From a virus: 64,000 nt of DNA. The notes below the pieces were generated by a model. It worked only from the letters and a program-made list of their open reading frames with translations. It was not told where the DNA came from and made no database searches. Where the stretch lies: positions 58,451-122,450 of the IMG/VR virus record IMGVR_UViG_3300006947_000003. One strand, given 5' to 3'. This document shows positions 9,162 to 18,708 of the stretch, in pieces; positions within the stretch are counted from its first letter, which is position 1, and every line of letters starts with the position of its first letter. Both the position numbers and the translations under genes were made by a program.

Positions 9162-10073
9162 ATGGCTAGGAAAAAGTATTTAAATAATAGAGATATTTTA
9201 AAACAAATACATATTAGTAAGAATAGTTACAATTCGTATATTGATGACCAGACTGATTCACAATTTGATATCATTTTGCTCAGTGTGGATAAAATTAATA
9301 TTAGAACTACAGCAGAGGGCAAACGTAATCGTGCCGCTCGAATTCAAAAATTGGCCTACACAGCCGCAGTCGAAAGCGGGCAAAAAGTCAAGCAGGCTGA
9401 ATTTGCTGTTGATTGGAAGAAGATTAAAAAGCACGAAGTAGTATTTCGTGTAATGACGTTTGAGCATATCCCACTAGAACCAGGCAGGAAAAAGAATCCC
9501 AAAACATTAGCAGATCATCACACTAGATGTAATTTCCCGCCATTTAATCATTATCGATTTGACGAGAAGTCTGGAGAATTAATACGTGTAGGCAAATCTC
9601 ATTGGAATGGTGGATTAGAAAACGGTAATTTCGATAAAGAACACGGTAGTGTTAATCGGGAATTAGCAAAGATGTTTATGAAGTTATGTGAACGTTATGC
9701 TACTAGATCTAACTGGCGAGGGTATACGTATAACGACGAAATGCGAAGTACTGCTTTACTACAATTAGCACAAATTGGATTACAATTTGACGAATCTAAA
9801 TCAGAAAATCCGTTCGCATATTACACAGCGGCAATCACTAATAGTTTTACTAGGGTGTTAAATTTAGAAAAAAAGAACCAAATTATCAGAGATGATATAC
9901 TAGAAGAAGCCGGGTTAATGCCAAGCTTCACTAGGCAAACAGAGAATGAGATAGCATCTGGTAAAATGCAAATGTCTGGCAAAAACGGCCCTGTTACTAC
10001 GTTTAAAGCTGAAGATTTAACTGAAGAAGAACTAAATGTGCTGTTGACTGAACGAGACGGCGACGAAGATTGA
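9162..10073 (+). CDS. gp55: Late transcription sigma factor (gp55-like)
   Basis: KYLNNRDILK; NWRGYTYNDEM; QFDESKSENPFAYYTAAITNSFTRVLNLEKKNQ. Lies next to gp47/46 as in T4-like phages. Confidence 0.85.
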   Translation: MARKKYLNNRDILKQIHISKNSYNSYIDDQTDSQFDIILLSVDKINIRTTAEGKRNRAARIQKLAYTAAVESGQKVKQAEFAVDWKKIKKHEVVFRVMTFEHIPLEPGRKKNPKTLADHHTRCNFPPFNHYRFDEKSGELIRVGKSHWNGGLENGNFDKEHGSVNRELAKMFMKLCERYATRSNWRGYTYNDEMRSTALLQLAQIGLQFDESKSENPFAYYTAAITNSFTRVLNLEKKNQIIRDDILEEAGLMPSFTRQTENEIASGKMQMSGKNGPVTTFKAEDLTEEELNVLLTERDGDED

Positions 10074-10075
10074 GT

Positions 10076-10104
10076 TTGACAATTAGTCTTATATGTAGTA
10101 TAAT
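10076..10104 (+). promoter_or_regulatory. Sigma70-type early/middle promoter
   Basis: TTGACA-17 nt-TATAAT, perfect consensus, upstream of gp47. Confidence 0.8.
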
Positions 10105-10124
10105 GATATAAACAAGGTAGGTAT

Positions 10125-11141
10125 ATGACAGATAATTTATTTAAAAAGGCAATTGCCTTTACAGATATTCATTTTGGCAATAAGTCTAACTCGACATTAT
10201 TTAATGACGATTGTTTAGAGTTTGTTCAATGGGTAATTAAGCAAGGTAAAGAACAAGGATGCGACACTTGTTTATTTCTAGGTGATTGGCATCATCATAG
10301 AGCGGCAATTAACGTTGCTACGCTCAATTATAGCATTAAAGCCATTGACTCATTAAGCAAAGCATTTGAAAAAATTGTGTTTATTCCTGGTAATCATGAT
10401 GAATACTATCGTGATAAACGAGATTATAACTCTATAGCATGGATTAAAAATTATTCCAATATTACAATTTACAATGATGTTACTATTGACGGCGATGTTG
10501 CTATTGTGCCGTGGCTTGTTGGTGATGAACATAAAAGCATTAGTAAATTAAAAGCCAAATACATGTTTGGACACTTAGAACTCCCTCACTTTTATATGAA
10601 CGCCCAGGTAAAAATGCCTGATACTGGTGTATTAAAAGACAAAGATTTTGGTGGTGTAGAACATGCTTTTAGTGGGCACTTTCATAAACGACAAACAAGA
10701 GGAAACATTACATACATTGGTAATGCTTTCCCCCACAATTATTCTGACGCTTGGGATGATGAACGCGGCGCGATGGTTTTAGAATGGGATAAAGAGCCAG
10801 AATATTTTGCTTGGCCTGATGCTCCGAAATATAAAACACTAAAATTAGGACAATTATTAGACGACCCGGACAAATATTTGTTGCCTAAGACATATGCTAG
10901 AGTCATGCTAGACATTGAAATTAGCTACGAAGAAGCAAATTTCATACGAGAAAACTTCATGGACAAATACCCAATACGTGAATTGAGCTTAATTCAGCAA
11001 AAGTTAGAAGATACACAAGTCGACGAAACAATGGAAATTAATTTTGAATCAGTTGACAGTATTGTTTACAGCCAGCTTGACGCTGTACAGAGTGATTTTT
11101 ATGATAAAAACCTCTTAACCGAAATATATAGGAATCTTTAA
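10125..11141 (+). CDS. gp47: Recombination endonuclease subunit (Mre11/SbcD-like)
   Basis: Metallophosphoesterase motifs DIH, GDWHH, GNHD, GHLE, SGHFH. Confidence 0.93.
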   Translation: MTDNLFKKAIAFTDIHFGNKSNSTLFNDDCLEFVQWVIKQGKEQGCDTCLFLGDWHHHRAAINVATLNYSIKAIDSLSKAFEKIVFIPGNHDEYYRDKRDYNSIAWIKNYSNITIYNDVTIDGDVAIVPWLVGDEHKSISKLKAKYMFGHLELPHFYMNAQVKMPDTGVLKDKDFGGVEHAFSGHFHKRQTRGNITYIGNAFPHNYSDAWDDERGAMVLEWDKEPEYFAWPDAPKYKTLKLGQLLDDPDKYLLPKTYARVMLDIEISYEEANFIRENFMDKYPIRELSLIQQKLEDTQVDETMEINFESVDSIVYSQLDAVQSDFYDKNLLTEIYRNL

Positions 11142-12904
11142 TGTTCAATTTGAATAGTATTACTGTTAAGAATTTCATGAGTGTAGGTAACAGTACACAA
11201 GCAATAGATTTTAATAGAGAAGACTTAACACTTGTACTTGGTGAGAACTTAGACTTAGGTGGAGATGATACAGGCGCTAGAAATGGTACTGGTAAAACTA
11301 CAATCATTAATGCTTTAAGTTATGCCTTGTACGGTCAAGCACTTACTAAGATTAGGGTTGACAATTTAATTAACAAAACAAACGGCAAAAACATGCTTGT
11401 TTGTTTAGAGTTTGAAAAGAATAACAAAAAATATAAAATTGAGCGTGGAAGAAGGCCAAATTTATTAAAATTTTATATCGACGAGCAAGAATTAGAAGTA
11501 GAAGACAATGCTCAAGGCGATAGTAGAGAAACACAGCATGAGATAATTCGTTTACTTGAGATGGGTCACGAAATGTTTAAGCACGTGGTTGCTCTTAACA
11601 CTTACACAGAACCTTTCCTAAGTTTAAAAAATAACGACCAACGTGCTATCATTGAGCAACTATTAGGTATTACTCTATTAAGTGAAAAAGCAGAAACGCT
11701 TAAAGATCAGATGAAGCGAAATAGAGATGATGCTAAAGAAGAAGAATTTAGAATTAAAGGTGTAGAGTCTGCTAATGAGCATATTAAAGAACAAATAGAA
11801 AATCTCAAACGCAGAAGTAAATTATGGGAAAATACTAAAGACGAACAAGTACAAAAGTTAGAGAAAGCAATTATCGATTTAGGTGATGTGGATATTAACA
11901 ACGAACTAGAACAACATACAAAATTATCTGATTTTAGGGACCTTAGACGACTACAAACTACGCTTGAAAGTGACATTGCTAGTAGTGAACGTCAAGTAGA
12001 TCGCCTTATTAGCACATCAGAAAAAGTTGCTAGTAGTTTAAAACATGTTGAAAATCATACATGCGATAGTTGTGGGCAAGACATTAAACACCTAAAAGAA
12101 TACGAAGAAAAATTAAAACATCTCAAACAAGAACAAGAAGATACCGCAATAGAATTACAAGAAGTAAACAAAAATCTTGCTTTACAAATCGTATTAAGAG
12201 TTGATGTAGGAGAGAAACCAGAAACATTTTATGCTGATTCTACAGAAGCACACAATCATAAAAGTACTTTAACAACACTTGAAAACCAGCTAACAAATAA
12301 ACTAGCAGAAGAAAATACATACAACGAACAGATAACTGAAATGCAAGTATCGGGAATTCAAGAAATTGATTTTGTAATATTAGAGCAGTTAAATAATGTT
12401 AAAGAACACCAAGAGTTTTTACAAAAATTACTTACTAGTAAAGATAGTTTTGTTCGTAAACGTATTATTGAGCAGAATTTAGCATTTTTAAATAAACGTT
12501 TAACATACTATCTTGATCGAATTGGATTACCACATAAAGTGTTATTTCAAAATGATTTATCAATAGAGATTACTGAACTAGGGCGTGATTTAGACTTTGA
12601 TAACTTATCTAGAGGCGAACGTAATCGACTAATTTTATCATTAAGTTGGGCATTTAGAGATGTATGGGAAAACTTATATCAACCGATAAATTTATTGTTT
12701 ATCGACGAGCTAGTAGACTCAGGCATGGATACATCGGGTGTAGAAAGTTCGTTGGCTGTGTTGAAGCAAATATCTAGAGACAGAAAAAAGAGCATATGGC
12801 TTATCTCACATAGAGACGAGTTAGCTGGCAGAGTTAATAATGTTCTTACAGTAACTAAAGAAAACGGATTTACTAGTTACAACAACGACGTCAAAATCAA
12901 TTAA
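11141..12904 (+). CDS. gp46: Recombination ATPase subunit (Rad50/SbcC-like)
   Basis: Walker A NGTGKTT, CDSCGQ zinc hook, LSRGE signature, LFIDE Walker B, ISH. Confidence 0.93.
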   Translation: MFNLNSITVKNFMSVGNSTQAIDFNREDLTLVLGENLDLGGDDTGARNGTGKTTIINALSYALYGQALTKIRVDNLINKTNGKNMLVCLEFEKNNKKYKIERGRRPNLLKFYIDEQELEVEDNAQGDSRETQHEIIRLLEMGHEMFKHVVALNTYTEPFLSLKNNDQRAIIEQLLGITLLSEKAETLKDQMKRNRDDAKEEEFRIKGVESANEHIKEQIENLKRRSKLWENTKDEQVQKLEKAIIDLGDVDINNELEQHTKLSDFRDLRRLQTTLESDIASSERQVDRLISTSEKVASSLKHVENHTCDSCGQDIKHLKEYEEKLKHLKQEQEDTAIELQEVNKNLALQIVLRVDVGEKPETFYADSTEAHNHKSTLTTLENQLTNKLAEENTYNEQITEMQVSGIQEIDFVILEQLNNVKEHQEFLQKLLTSKDSFVRKRIIEQNLAFLNKRLTYYLDRIGLPHKVLFQNDLSIEITELGRDLDFDNLSRGERNRLILSLSWAFRDVWENLYQPINLLFIDELVDSGMDTSGVESSLAVLKQISRDRKKSIWLISHRDELAGRVNNVLTVTKENGFTSYNNDVKIN

Positions 12905-12914
12905 AGGAGAATAA

Positions 12915-14330
12915 ATGAGACCGTACCACTTACTAGTACCATCGGATCGTGTCGCCCTGAGTGATAAAAATACCAAATTAACTTACAACGAATTTATTAA
13001 AGAAATACACAGGATTAATACCTGGTATAAAGAACAAGGATATCATGCTGGGCACAGAATTAGTGTAGTAGGTATTAACTCTGTTCAAACTTATTTGTAC
13101 CTTTTCGCCGCGGCATTAGATATGTGTGCTACAACATTGCCATGGGGTGATGATTTGAAACAAGCATATAAAAACGGCGAAGAAGGTGACTGGAAATTTA
13201 GGTTAGACGCTAACAAATCTAATGCTATTGTTTATGTTAACCTAGATGGTACTGTTGATTTAGAACATTTACATTATGAAAAAAGTACAGTTCTTGACAA
13301 AGAAATAATGCTTTACTATAGCAGTGGAACAAGTCACCCGTACGGTTGGACTAAAAGTTATCCAGTACCTTATGAACTAGATGAAAATAATTATGGCACT
13401 AGCCAAGATGTTACACATTATTATAGAGAACGTGGAAACAAATGGTATGGTAATCCAGAAACAAACAGAACAATTAATTCTATGGGTCCTTATATAGGTT
13501 GGGGACAAGAAGTTACATTTACAACAATAGCAAAAGGTGGGCATTGTCATCTTATATACGAACAAGAAGAATATGCCGAAGCGGCTAAATGGGTTAAGCC
13601 TACATGGTTGGCAGGGTTTCCACTAGCATGGCAAAAAGTAATCGACAAAGGTGACAACGGTGGACACAGCATTGAGGTATTTGAGTATAGTGGTGCCGCA
13701 CTTATCGATGGACAAAAAGAAGAATTTGAAAACTTCTTTGGGCATAGTAATTGGATATGTGGTTACGGTGATGCCGCAACTGGTATGACACTTGTTAACT
13801 ATTCAAATAATTTTGATACAATTGGTAAGCCAATTGATTGTCTTGTAAACTCTGGTGCTGAATATCGATTATCAAAAGAAAATAGTACTATTGAATTTAG
13901 AGGTCCAATGACACCGGATGGTGATTGGTGGGACACGGGCGATATTGCTGAAATAAATGAAGACGGTAACTGGATATTAAAAGGTAGAGCAAATGAACTT
14001 ATTATTGTAAGAGGTGGCGGTAAAGTATATCCGTTTGAAGTTGAGCATATGATTTCACAGCATCCAGGTGTTAAAGAAATTTATGTTTATCCACAACCTG
14101 ATGAGAATTTACATTTTGTACCGGCTTGTATATACAACGGCGATGTTTCGCCTGAAGATTTACAAGAATGGTGTAAAGATAAAATACAAACATTTAAGCA
14201 ACCTGTAAAATATACAAGGCTAGTAAGCACCGTAGCAATATTACGTCAGGCAACATGTATTCCTAAAGTAAGTAGAGTAAATATACATAACACATTAATA
14301 GATAACCCGGATTGGATTAAAGATGAGTAG
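12915..14330 (+). CDS. Adenylate-forming (AMP-binding, acyl-CoA synthetase/ANL family) enzyme
   Basis: YSSGTS (A3-like), GYG (A5), WDTGDI (A7), KGRANELIIVRGGGKVYPFEVE (A8), PKVSR (A10-like Lys). Confidence 0.8.
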   Translation: MRPYHLLVPSDRVALSDKNTKLTYNEFIKEIHRINTWYKEQGYHAGHRISVVGINSVQTYLYLFAAALDMCATTLPWGDDLKQAYKNGEEGDWKFRLDANKSNAIVYVNLDGTVDLEHLHYEKSTVLDKEIMLYYSSGTSHPYGWTKSYPVPYELDENNYGTSQDVTHYYRERGNKWYGNPETNRTINSMGPYIGWGQEVTFTTIAKGGHCHLIYEQEEYAEAAKWVKPTWLAGFPLAWQKVIDKGDNGGHSIEVFEYSGAALIDGQKEEFENFFGHSNWICGYGDAATGMTLVNYSNNFDTIGKPIDCLVNSGAEYRLSKENSTIEFRGPMTPDGDWWDTGDIAEINEDGNWILKGRANELIIVRGGGKVYPFEVEHMISQHPGVKEIYVYPQPDENLHFVPACIYNGDVSPEDLQEWCKDKIQTFKQPVKYTRLVSTVAILRQATCIPKVSRVNIHNTLIDNPDWIKDE

Positions 14331-14934
14331 CCTTAATAAAAATTTAAGTGATAGTTATAATAATGGTTTCGACAACAAACAAGAACAAAGAAAACTTTAT
14401 GATCATTGGGAAACATATACCCAAGATATATGCGATGAAGCAGGCTGGCTAGGACCAGTTAAAACAGCTAGATATGTAGTAGAAAATTATATTATTAAGT
14501 CTGTAGAAATTGCTGACTTAGGTTGTGGCCCTGGGCCAGTTGGCGAGATTCTTAAAGGTGCGGGCTACGTTAATGTAGATGGGTACGACTTAACAGAACA
14601 CTTTGTAAGTAAAGCAAAACAGTTTTATAGAGATGCTACAGTTATAGATATTACACAAGAATTGTTTCCTAAAAAATACGATATTATTATAGCAAGTGGT
14701 GTTTTTACCAAAGGACATTTAAGTTCGGCACCTGCTGAAAACATTGCTAACAGTTTAAAAGAAAATGGTATGTTAGTTATAACAACGCCCGATATGGATA
14801 ACTACAACTATATGGAAGAAGCAGGCTGGAACGAACAGCAATTCTTAACTGAGGTTAAACGTATCGGTCCTTGGCCCAGTTTAGTTACAACACATCAACA
14901 CTATCATTCCTTGAGGATATTTAAGGCAACATGA
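14323..14934 (+). CDS. Class I SAM-dependent methyltransferase
   Basis: IADLGCGPG motif I, VDGYDL motif II, YDIIIASGVFTKGHL. Confidence 0.85.
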   Translation: MSSLNKNLSDSYNNGFDNKQEQRKLYDHWETYTQDICDEAGWLGPVKTARYVVENYIIKSVEIADLGCGPGPVGEILKGAGYVNVDGYDLTEHFVSKAKQFYRDATVIDITQELFPKKYDIIIASGVFTKGHLSSAPAENIANSLKENGMLVITTPDMDNYNYMEEAGWNEQQFLTEVKRIGPWPSLVTTHQHYHSLRIFKAT

Positions 14935-16787
14935 AAAACGTTTATCTAGCAAATTTTAGTATGACAATAAACCCGGGCAATCATAAATTCTTGCCTTATA
15001 GTGTTGCTGGGTTGTGGAGTTATGCTGAGCAAGATGAACAAATTAAAAACGATTATAAACTAGCAGGTCTTTATTACGAAAAGAAAGACATGGATACAAT
15101 AGTAGATGAACTAGTAGATCCGTTTATATTTGGATTTAGTGTTTATATTTGGAATGAAAACTATACAAATGAATTAGCAGAAAAAATTAAAACACGCTGG
15201 CCAGAGTGTATGATTATTTACGGCGGTCCTCAAGTTCCACAGGACAGCAAACACGAATGGTGGAATGGTCACAAGTATGTAGATGTTGTTGTGTTTCAAG
15301 AAGGTGAAGAAATATTTAGAAATATATTACTAAACCCTAGCAAGGAATATATTGATACTCAGCCCAATACTGCTGTTAATTTTGGCACACATTGGAAAAA
15401 TAATGTTGCGGGTAATAAAAGAAAAACAAGACAACGTGATTTAAGTAAATTACCAAGTCCTTATTTGTCAGGCAATATGCCTAAAATAAAACCACACCAT
15501 GCTATGCTTTTTGAAACAAACAGAGGATGTCCTTATGCTTGTTCATTTTGTGATTGGGGCGGACTTACTTACAGTAAATTAGTTAATCATGATATTAATA
15601 GACTAGAAGCAGAAATAGAATACGCTGGTAAAAATAAAATTGGCTTTTTATATAGTGTTGATGCTAACTTTGGTATTTTAAAAGATCGAGATAGTGCTAT
15701 TGCTGATATGATTATTGCCACAAAAAAGAAATATGGCTATCCTAAAACTTTCTTTGTTAACTGGGCAAAAAATGCCAATGAAGAAATTTTAATAATAGCA
15801 AAGAAAATGTTTGATGCTGGACTTATTAAAAGTTTTATTATGAGTTTACAAACACTAACACCATTAGCATTAGAACTTATAAAGCGTGATAACATGGATA
15901 GTAACGACTACGAATTCTTTGCTAAACGTTGTGCTGAATTAGGTTTGCCATTTGACTGTGAACTTATTGTTGGTAACCCTGGTGAAACTGTAGACAGTTG
16001 GAAAGATACTTACATAGAAATTACAAACTACCAAGAACTAACAACATACTTGTATCCTTTAGCATTATTACCTAATGCTGAATTAGGCAGTACAGCAAGT
16101 CGAGAAGAATTTGGATTTAAAACTATCCGTAGGCCTTTTCCTGGAGTACTAAATGAGGAAACAAAAGAAGATATAGAACTTGTAGTTTCCACAAAGTGGT
16201 TATCTGAAGATGACTTAAAACACATTTGGGAATGGACATGGACTACTAGAACAGGGCATGAATTTAATTTTTTACGTGATGCCGCAGATTATTTAGATAG
16301 AAAAAAAATTGTATCTAAGAAACAATTTTATGATGATTGGTATTTGTTTGTTATTAATGGTAACGGGTTAATTAAAAGACATTTTGAAAAAGCAAAAGGA
16401 AGAATTGACGAATATATATTTGGATTAGCAAGTCAAAGTTTAGGTTACAGAGAAAACTTAACAGAAAAACGAGATGAGTTTTATGCCGAAGCAAGGACTT
16501 TCCTTGAACAGTACAGCATAGATAAAGACATCTTAACTGAACTTATTAAGTATTGTGATGCTAGGCTATTTGACTATGATGCTAATTATCCTATTACTAA
16601 AACATTTAACTACGACTTTATACATGATGTAAAAAGGAAAACAACAATAGAATTTACACCAACACTAAATGGTGCTACTACTACAACTGCTCATTTACTT
16701 TTAGAAGGAAGTGATAGAGTTAGTGACAACTTTAAAATAAGGCAGACATTAACATGTACTCTGAACGATCCAAAGATAATTTTGTAG
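14931..16787 (+). CDS. Cobalamin (B12)-binding radical SAM enzyme
   Basis: N-terminal LPYSVAGL / GFSVYIWN / IIYGGPQV / QEGEE; ETNRGCPYACSFCDW; DANFG; IVGNPGET. Confidence 0.88.
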   Translation: MKNVYLANFSMTINPGNHKFLPYSVAGLWSYAEQDEQIKNDYKLAGLYYEKKDMDTIVDELVDPFIFGFSVYIWNENYTNELAEKIKTRWPECMIIYGGPQVPQDSKHEWWNGHKYVDVVVFQEGEEIFRNILLNPSKEYIDTQPNTAVNFGTHWKNNVAGNKRKTRQRDLSKLPSPYLSGNMPKIKPHHAMLFETNRGCPYACSFCDWGGLTYSKLVNHDINRLEAEIEYAGKNKIGFLYSVDANFGILKDRDSAIADMIIATKKKYGYPKTFFVNWAKNANEEILIIAKKMFDAGLIKSFIMSLQTLTPLALELIKRDNMDSNDYEFFAKRCAELGLPFDCELIVGNPGETVDSWKDTYIEITNYQELTTYLYPLALLPNAELGSTASREEFGFKTIRRPFPGVLNEETKEDIELVVSTKWLSEDDLKHIWEWTWTTRTGHEFNFLRDAADYLDRKKIVSKKQFYDDWYLFVINGNGLIKRHFEKAKGRIDEYIFGLASQSLGYRENLTEKRDEFYAEARTFLEQYSIDKDILTELIKYCDARLFDYDANYPITKTFNYDFIHDVKRKTTIEFTPTLNGATTTTAHLLLEGSDRVSDNFKIRQTLTCTLNDPKIIL

Positions 16788-17314
16788 CAGAAACTTCTAT
16801 AGGATATAACATAGATGAGTTCTCATACTTGTACGACAAGTACGATAGAGAATTTGAAATGTATCACAGTAAATATGGGATACCTTTAGGACTAGAAGTT
16901 GTATATAATCCAAATATTCTAAAAGAACCTATTATACAATATTGGATTGGATACTTTGAAAAATTTGGTTTAACATTTAATTTTGAAAAAGATGAAAGTA
17001 TGCCCGGCAGTGGCCAAGCAGGGTTCCAACTAGTAAGAACTAATTTTCAAGAAAAAGCTACCAGCGTTGATATCCATCAAGATAACTTTAGAACAGCCGG
17101 ATTAATAATTCCGTTATCATTCCCTCAGCGTATACAATGGTATGACGACGAAGATAATTTGCTTTATGATCACAATTATACAAAGATTACTTTTATAAAT
17201 GCTGGCGGTCATAGACACGGGGTAAATTATTCACCAGAGCCTAGATGGCAATTTCAACTAGATTGTTTCAACAGTTGGGAAGAAATCAACAATATAGTCC
17301 TAAAAAATTTATAA
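16754..17314 (+). CDS. Putative 2OG-Fe(II) oxygenase (double-stranded beta-helix fold)
   Basis: HxD (IHQD..RTAGLIIPL), distal H (RHGV) and PRWQFQL arginine. Confidence 0.6.
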   Translation: MYSERSKDNFVAETSIGYNIDEFSYLYDKYDREFEMYHSKYGIPLGLEVVYNPNILKEPIIQYWIGYFEKFGLTFNFEKDESMPGSGQAGFQLVRTNFQEKATSVDIHQDNFRTAGLIIPLSFPQRIQWYDDEDNLLYDHNYTKITFINAGGHRHGVNYSPEPRWQFQLDCFNSWEEINNIVLKNL

Positions 17315-17409
17315 ATCTCTTATTAGTTCAGAAACCTTTACTGTAGGTACCTATAACTGTAAATAACATTGACTGTAGAATACAGTCCTTATTAATAAAG
17401 GAGAAAGTA

Positions 17410-17589
17410 ATGTCAACATTACACGACCAAATAACAGAAGCATATGTAAACTATATTGCAGAAGCAGAAAAGTTTGATACTAAAGGAAATAAAGCCGCGG
17501 CGACTAGAGCTCGTAAAGCACTAGGAGATTTATCTAAGCTAGGTAAGTCACGTAGAGCCGAAATACAAGAAAAAAAGAACGCTATGTAA
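17410..17589 (+). CDS. Small basic histone H1-like (Hc1-family) DNA-binding protein, 59 aa
   Basis: Below the ORF-track cutoff. MSTLHDQITEAYVNYIAEAEKFDTKGNKAAATRARKALGDLSKLGKSRRAEIQEKKNAM with AAGGAG RBS; GNKAAxxRARKA motif. Confidence 0.75.
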   Translation: MSTLHDQITEAYVNYIAEAEKFDTKGNKAAATRARKALGDLSKLGKSRRAEIQEKKNAM

Positions 17590-17628
17590 TTAGAGTTCTT
17601 TCTTAATTAAGAAAGATAATATTAATTT

Positions 17629-18141
17629 ATGCCAAGCCCACAAAAAGCAAAAGGATCAGGTTGGGAACGAGATGTCGCAAGATTCTTGTCCGGACTATAC
17701 GGTGAAACGTTTATAAGAGCACCTGGTTCTGGTGCTTATGTGGGTGGGGTTAATAAAGCAAGAAAAGAATATTTACACGAAGGCCAAATCAGAGCTTTCA
17801 AAGGAGACATTGTACCTGGACAAAGTTTTCCTAAACTAAATGTAGAATGTAAGTTTTATAAGCAATTCTCATTTCACAGACTGTTACGACCTGAACCACT
17901 TCCTCAATTAGAAGAATGGATATCACAACTTATGGATGTAGCAGATCCGGACGATTTCAATATGTTAATAATGAAATTCAATCAAGTAGGCAAATACATC
18001 GCTATAGAATCAAAATACAAATCAAAATCAAAAAATTACATAGACTATTGGTCAAACACTACAGGTTCAAACTGGCGTATATCAGACTTTGAAGAATTTT
18101 TCACAAGAAATTCAGATTTAGTTAAAACGCTTTGTGCCTAG
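17629..18141 (+). CDS. Holliday-junction-resolvase-like PD-(D/E)XK nuclease
   Basis: KAKGSGWERDVA...RAPGSGA...GDIV...NVECK pattern of Hjc-type resolvases. Confidence 0.75.
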   Translation: MPSPQKAKGSGWERDVARFLSGLYGETFIRAPGSGAYVGGVNKARKEYLHEGQIRAFKGDIVPGQSFPKLNVECKFYKQFSFHRLLRPEPLPQLEEWISQLMDVADPDDFNMLIMKFNQVGKYIAIESKYKSKSKNYIDYWSNTTGSNWRISDFEEFFTRNSDLVKTLCA

Positions 18142-18154
18142 CATAATATACTAT

Positions 18155-18206
18155 TAACAACAACTTTTAATCGCAACTCTTAACCGCAACTCTTAACCGC
18201 AACCAA
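18155..18206 (+). repeat. Four degenerate 13-bp tandem repeats (consensus TAACCGCAACTCT)
   Basis: Units taacaacaacttt / taatcgcaactct / taaccgcaactct / taaccgcaaccaa read directly. Confidence 0.85.
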
Positions 18207-18209
18207 ATA

Positions 18210-18620
18210 GCTACCTCGAAATCATGCCCTTGAGGGCATACGACATCGTATGTTCGGAATCTGGGTTGTAGCAAGTAAAGGCATTTACTTCAAGTGCTAA
18301 AAGATAGAGGCTCTGTGAAACAGATACAACCTCAACAATTGATATGTTGGATATCTCGGTATATCAAATGTTCCGTGACTAATGTGAAGCTGAAGTAGGG
18401 GGTTAGCGGGTCGCCGCCTCCGATAGTAGAAATACTAAATCTTCTTATGATATGATGGGTGAGTTACTCGAATGATGAACAATCCTTACTTTGCCCCTAG
18501 CGGGTGAAGTATGGGCAAAATATCTGAATGATAAACTAACTGTATTCCATTAATTAAAAAAAAAATGTTTTGAACGACAGTGATAAAACTTATCAACGGA
18601 GTTGATAACATTACAATACT
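18210..18620 (+). ncRNA. Candidate large structured non-coding RNA (family not recognised; boundaries and strand approximate)
   Basis: ORF-free gap of 567 nt with raised GC and at least 8 hairpins, including TAGTA-GAAA-TACTA, GCGG-GTCG-CCGC and TACTTTGCCC-CTAGC-GGGTGAAGTA (G-U pairs fit the + strand). Confidence 0.5.
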
Positions 18621-18708
18621 TTATTGTTATTATGTTTCTGAAAGCTCTGATAAAAATAGTTTGCTAACATATTCTTATTGATTCCATTAATAATACTAAG
18701 TGTATCTA

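Noticed and set aside
18155-18206. Possible mini CRISPR array
   Set aside because: 13-bp units abut directly with no unique spacers, and there are no cas genes in the window.
18210-18620. tRNA, tmRNA, RNase P or group I/II intron
   Set aside because: No cloverleaf with T-loop and CCA, no tmRNA ends, no RNase P or intron core motifs recognised, and no interrupted flanking gene.
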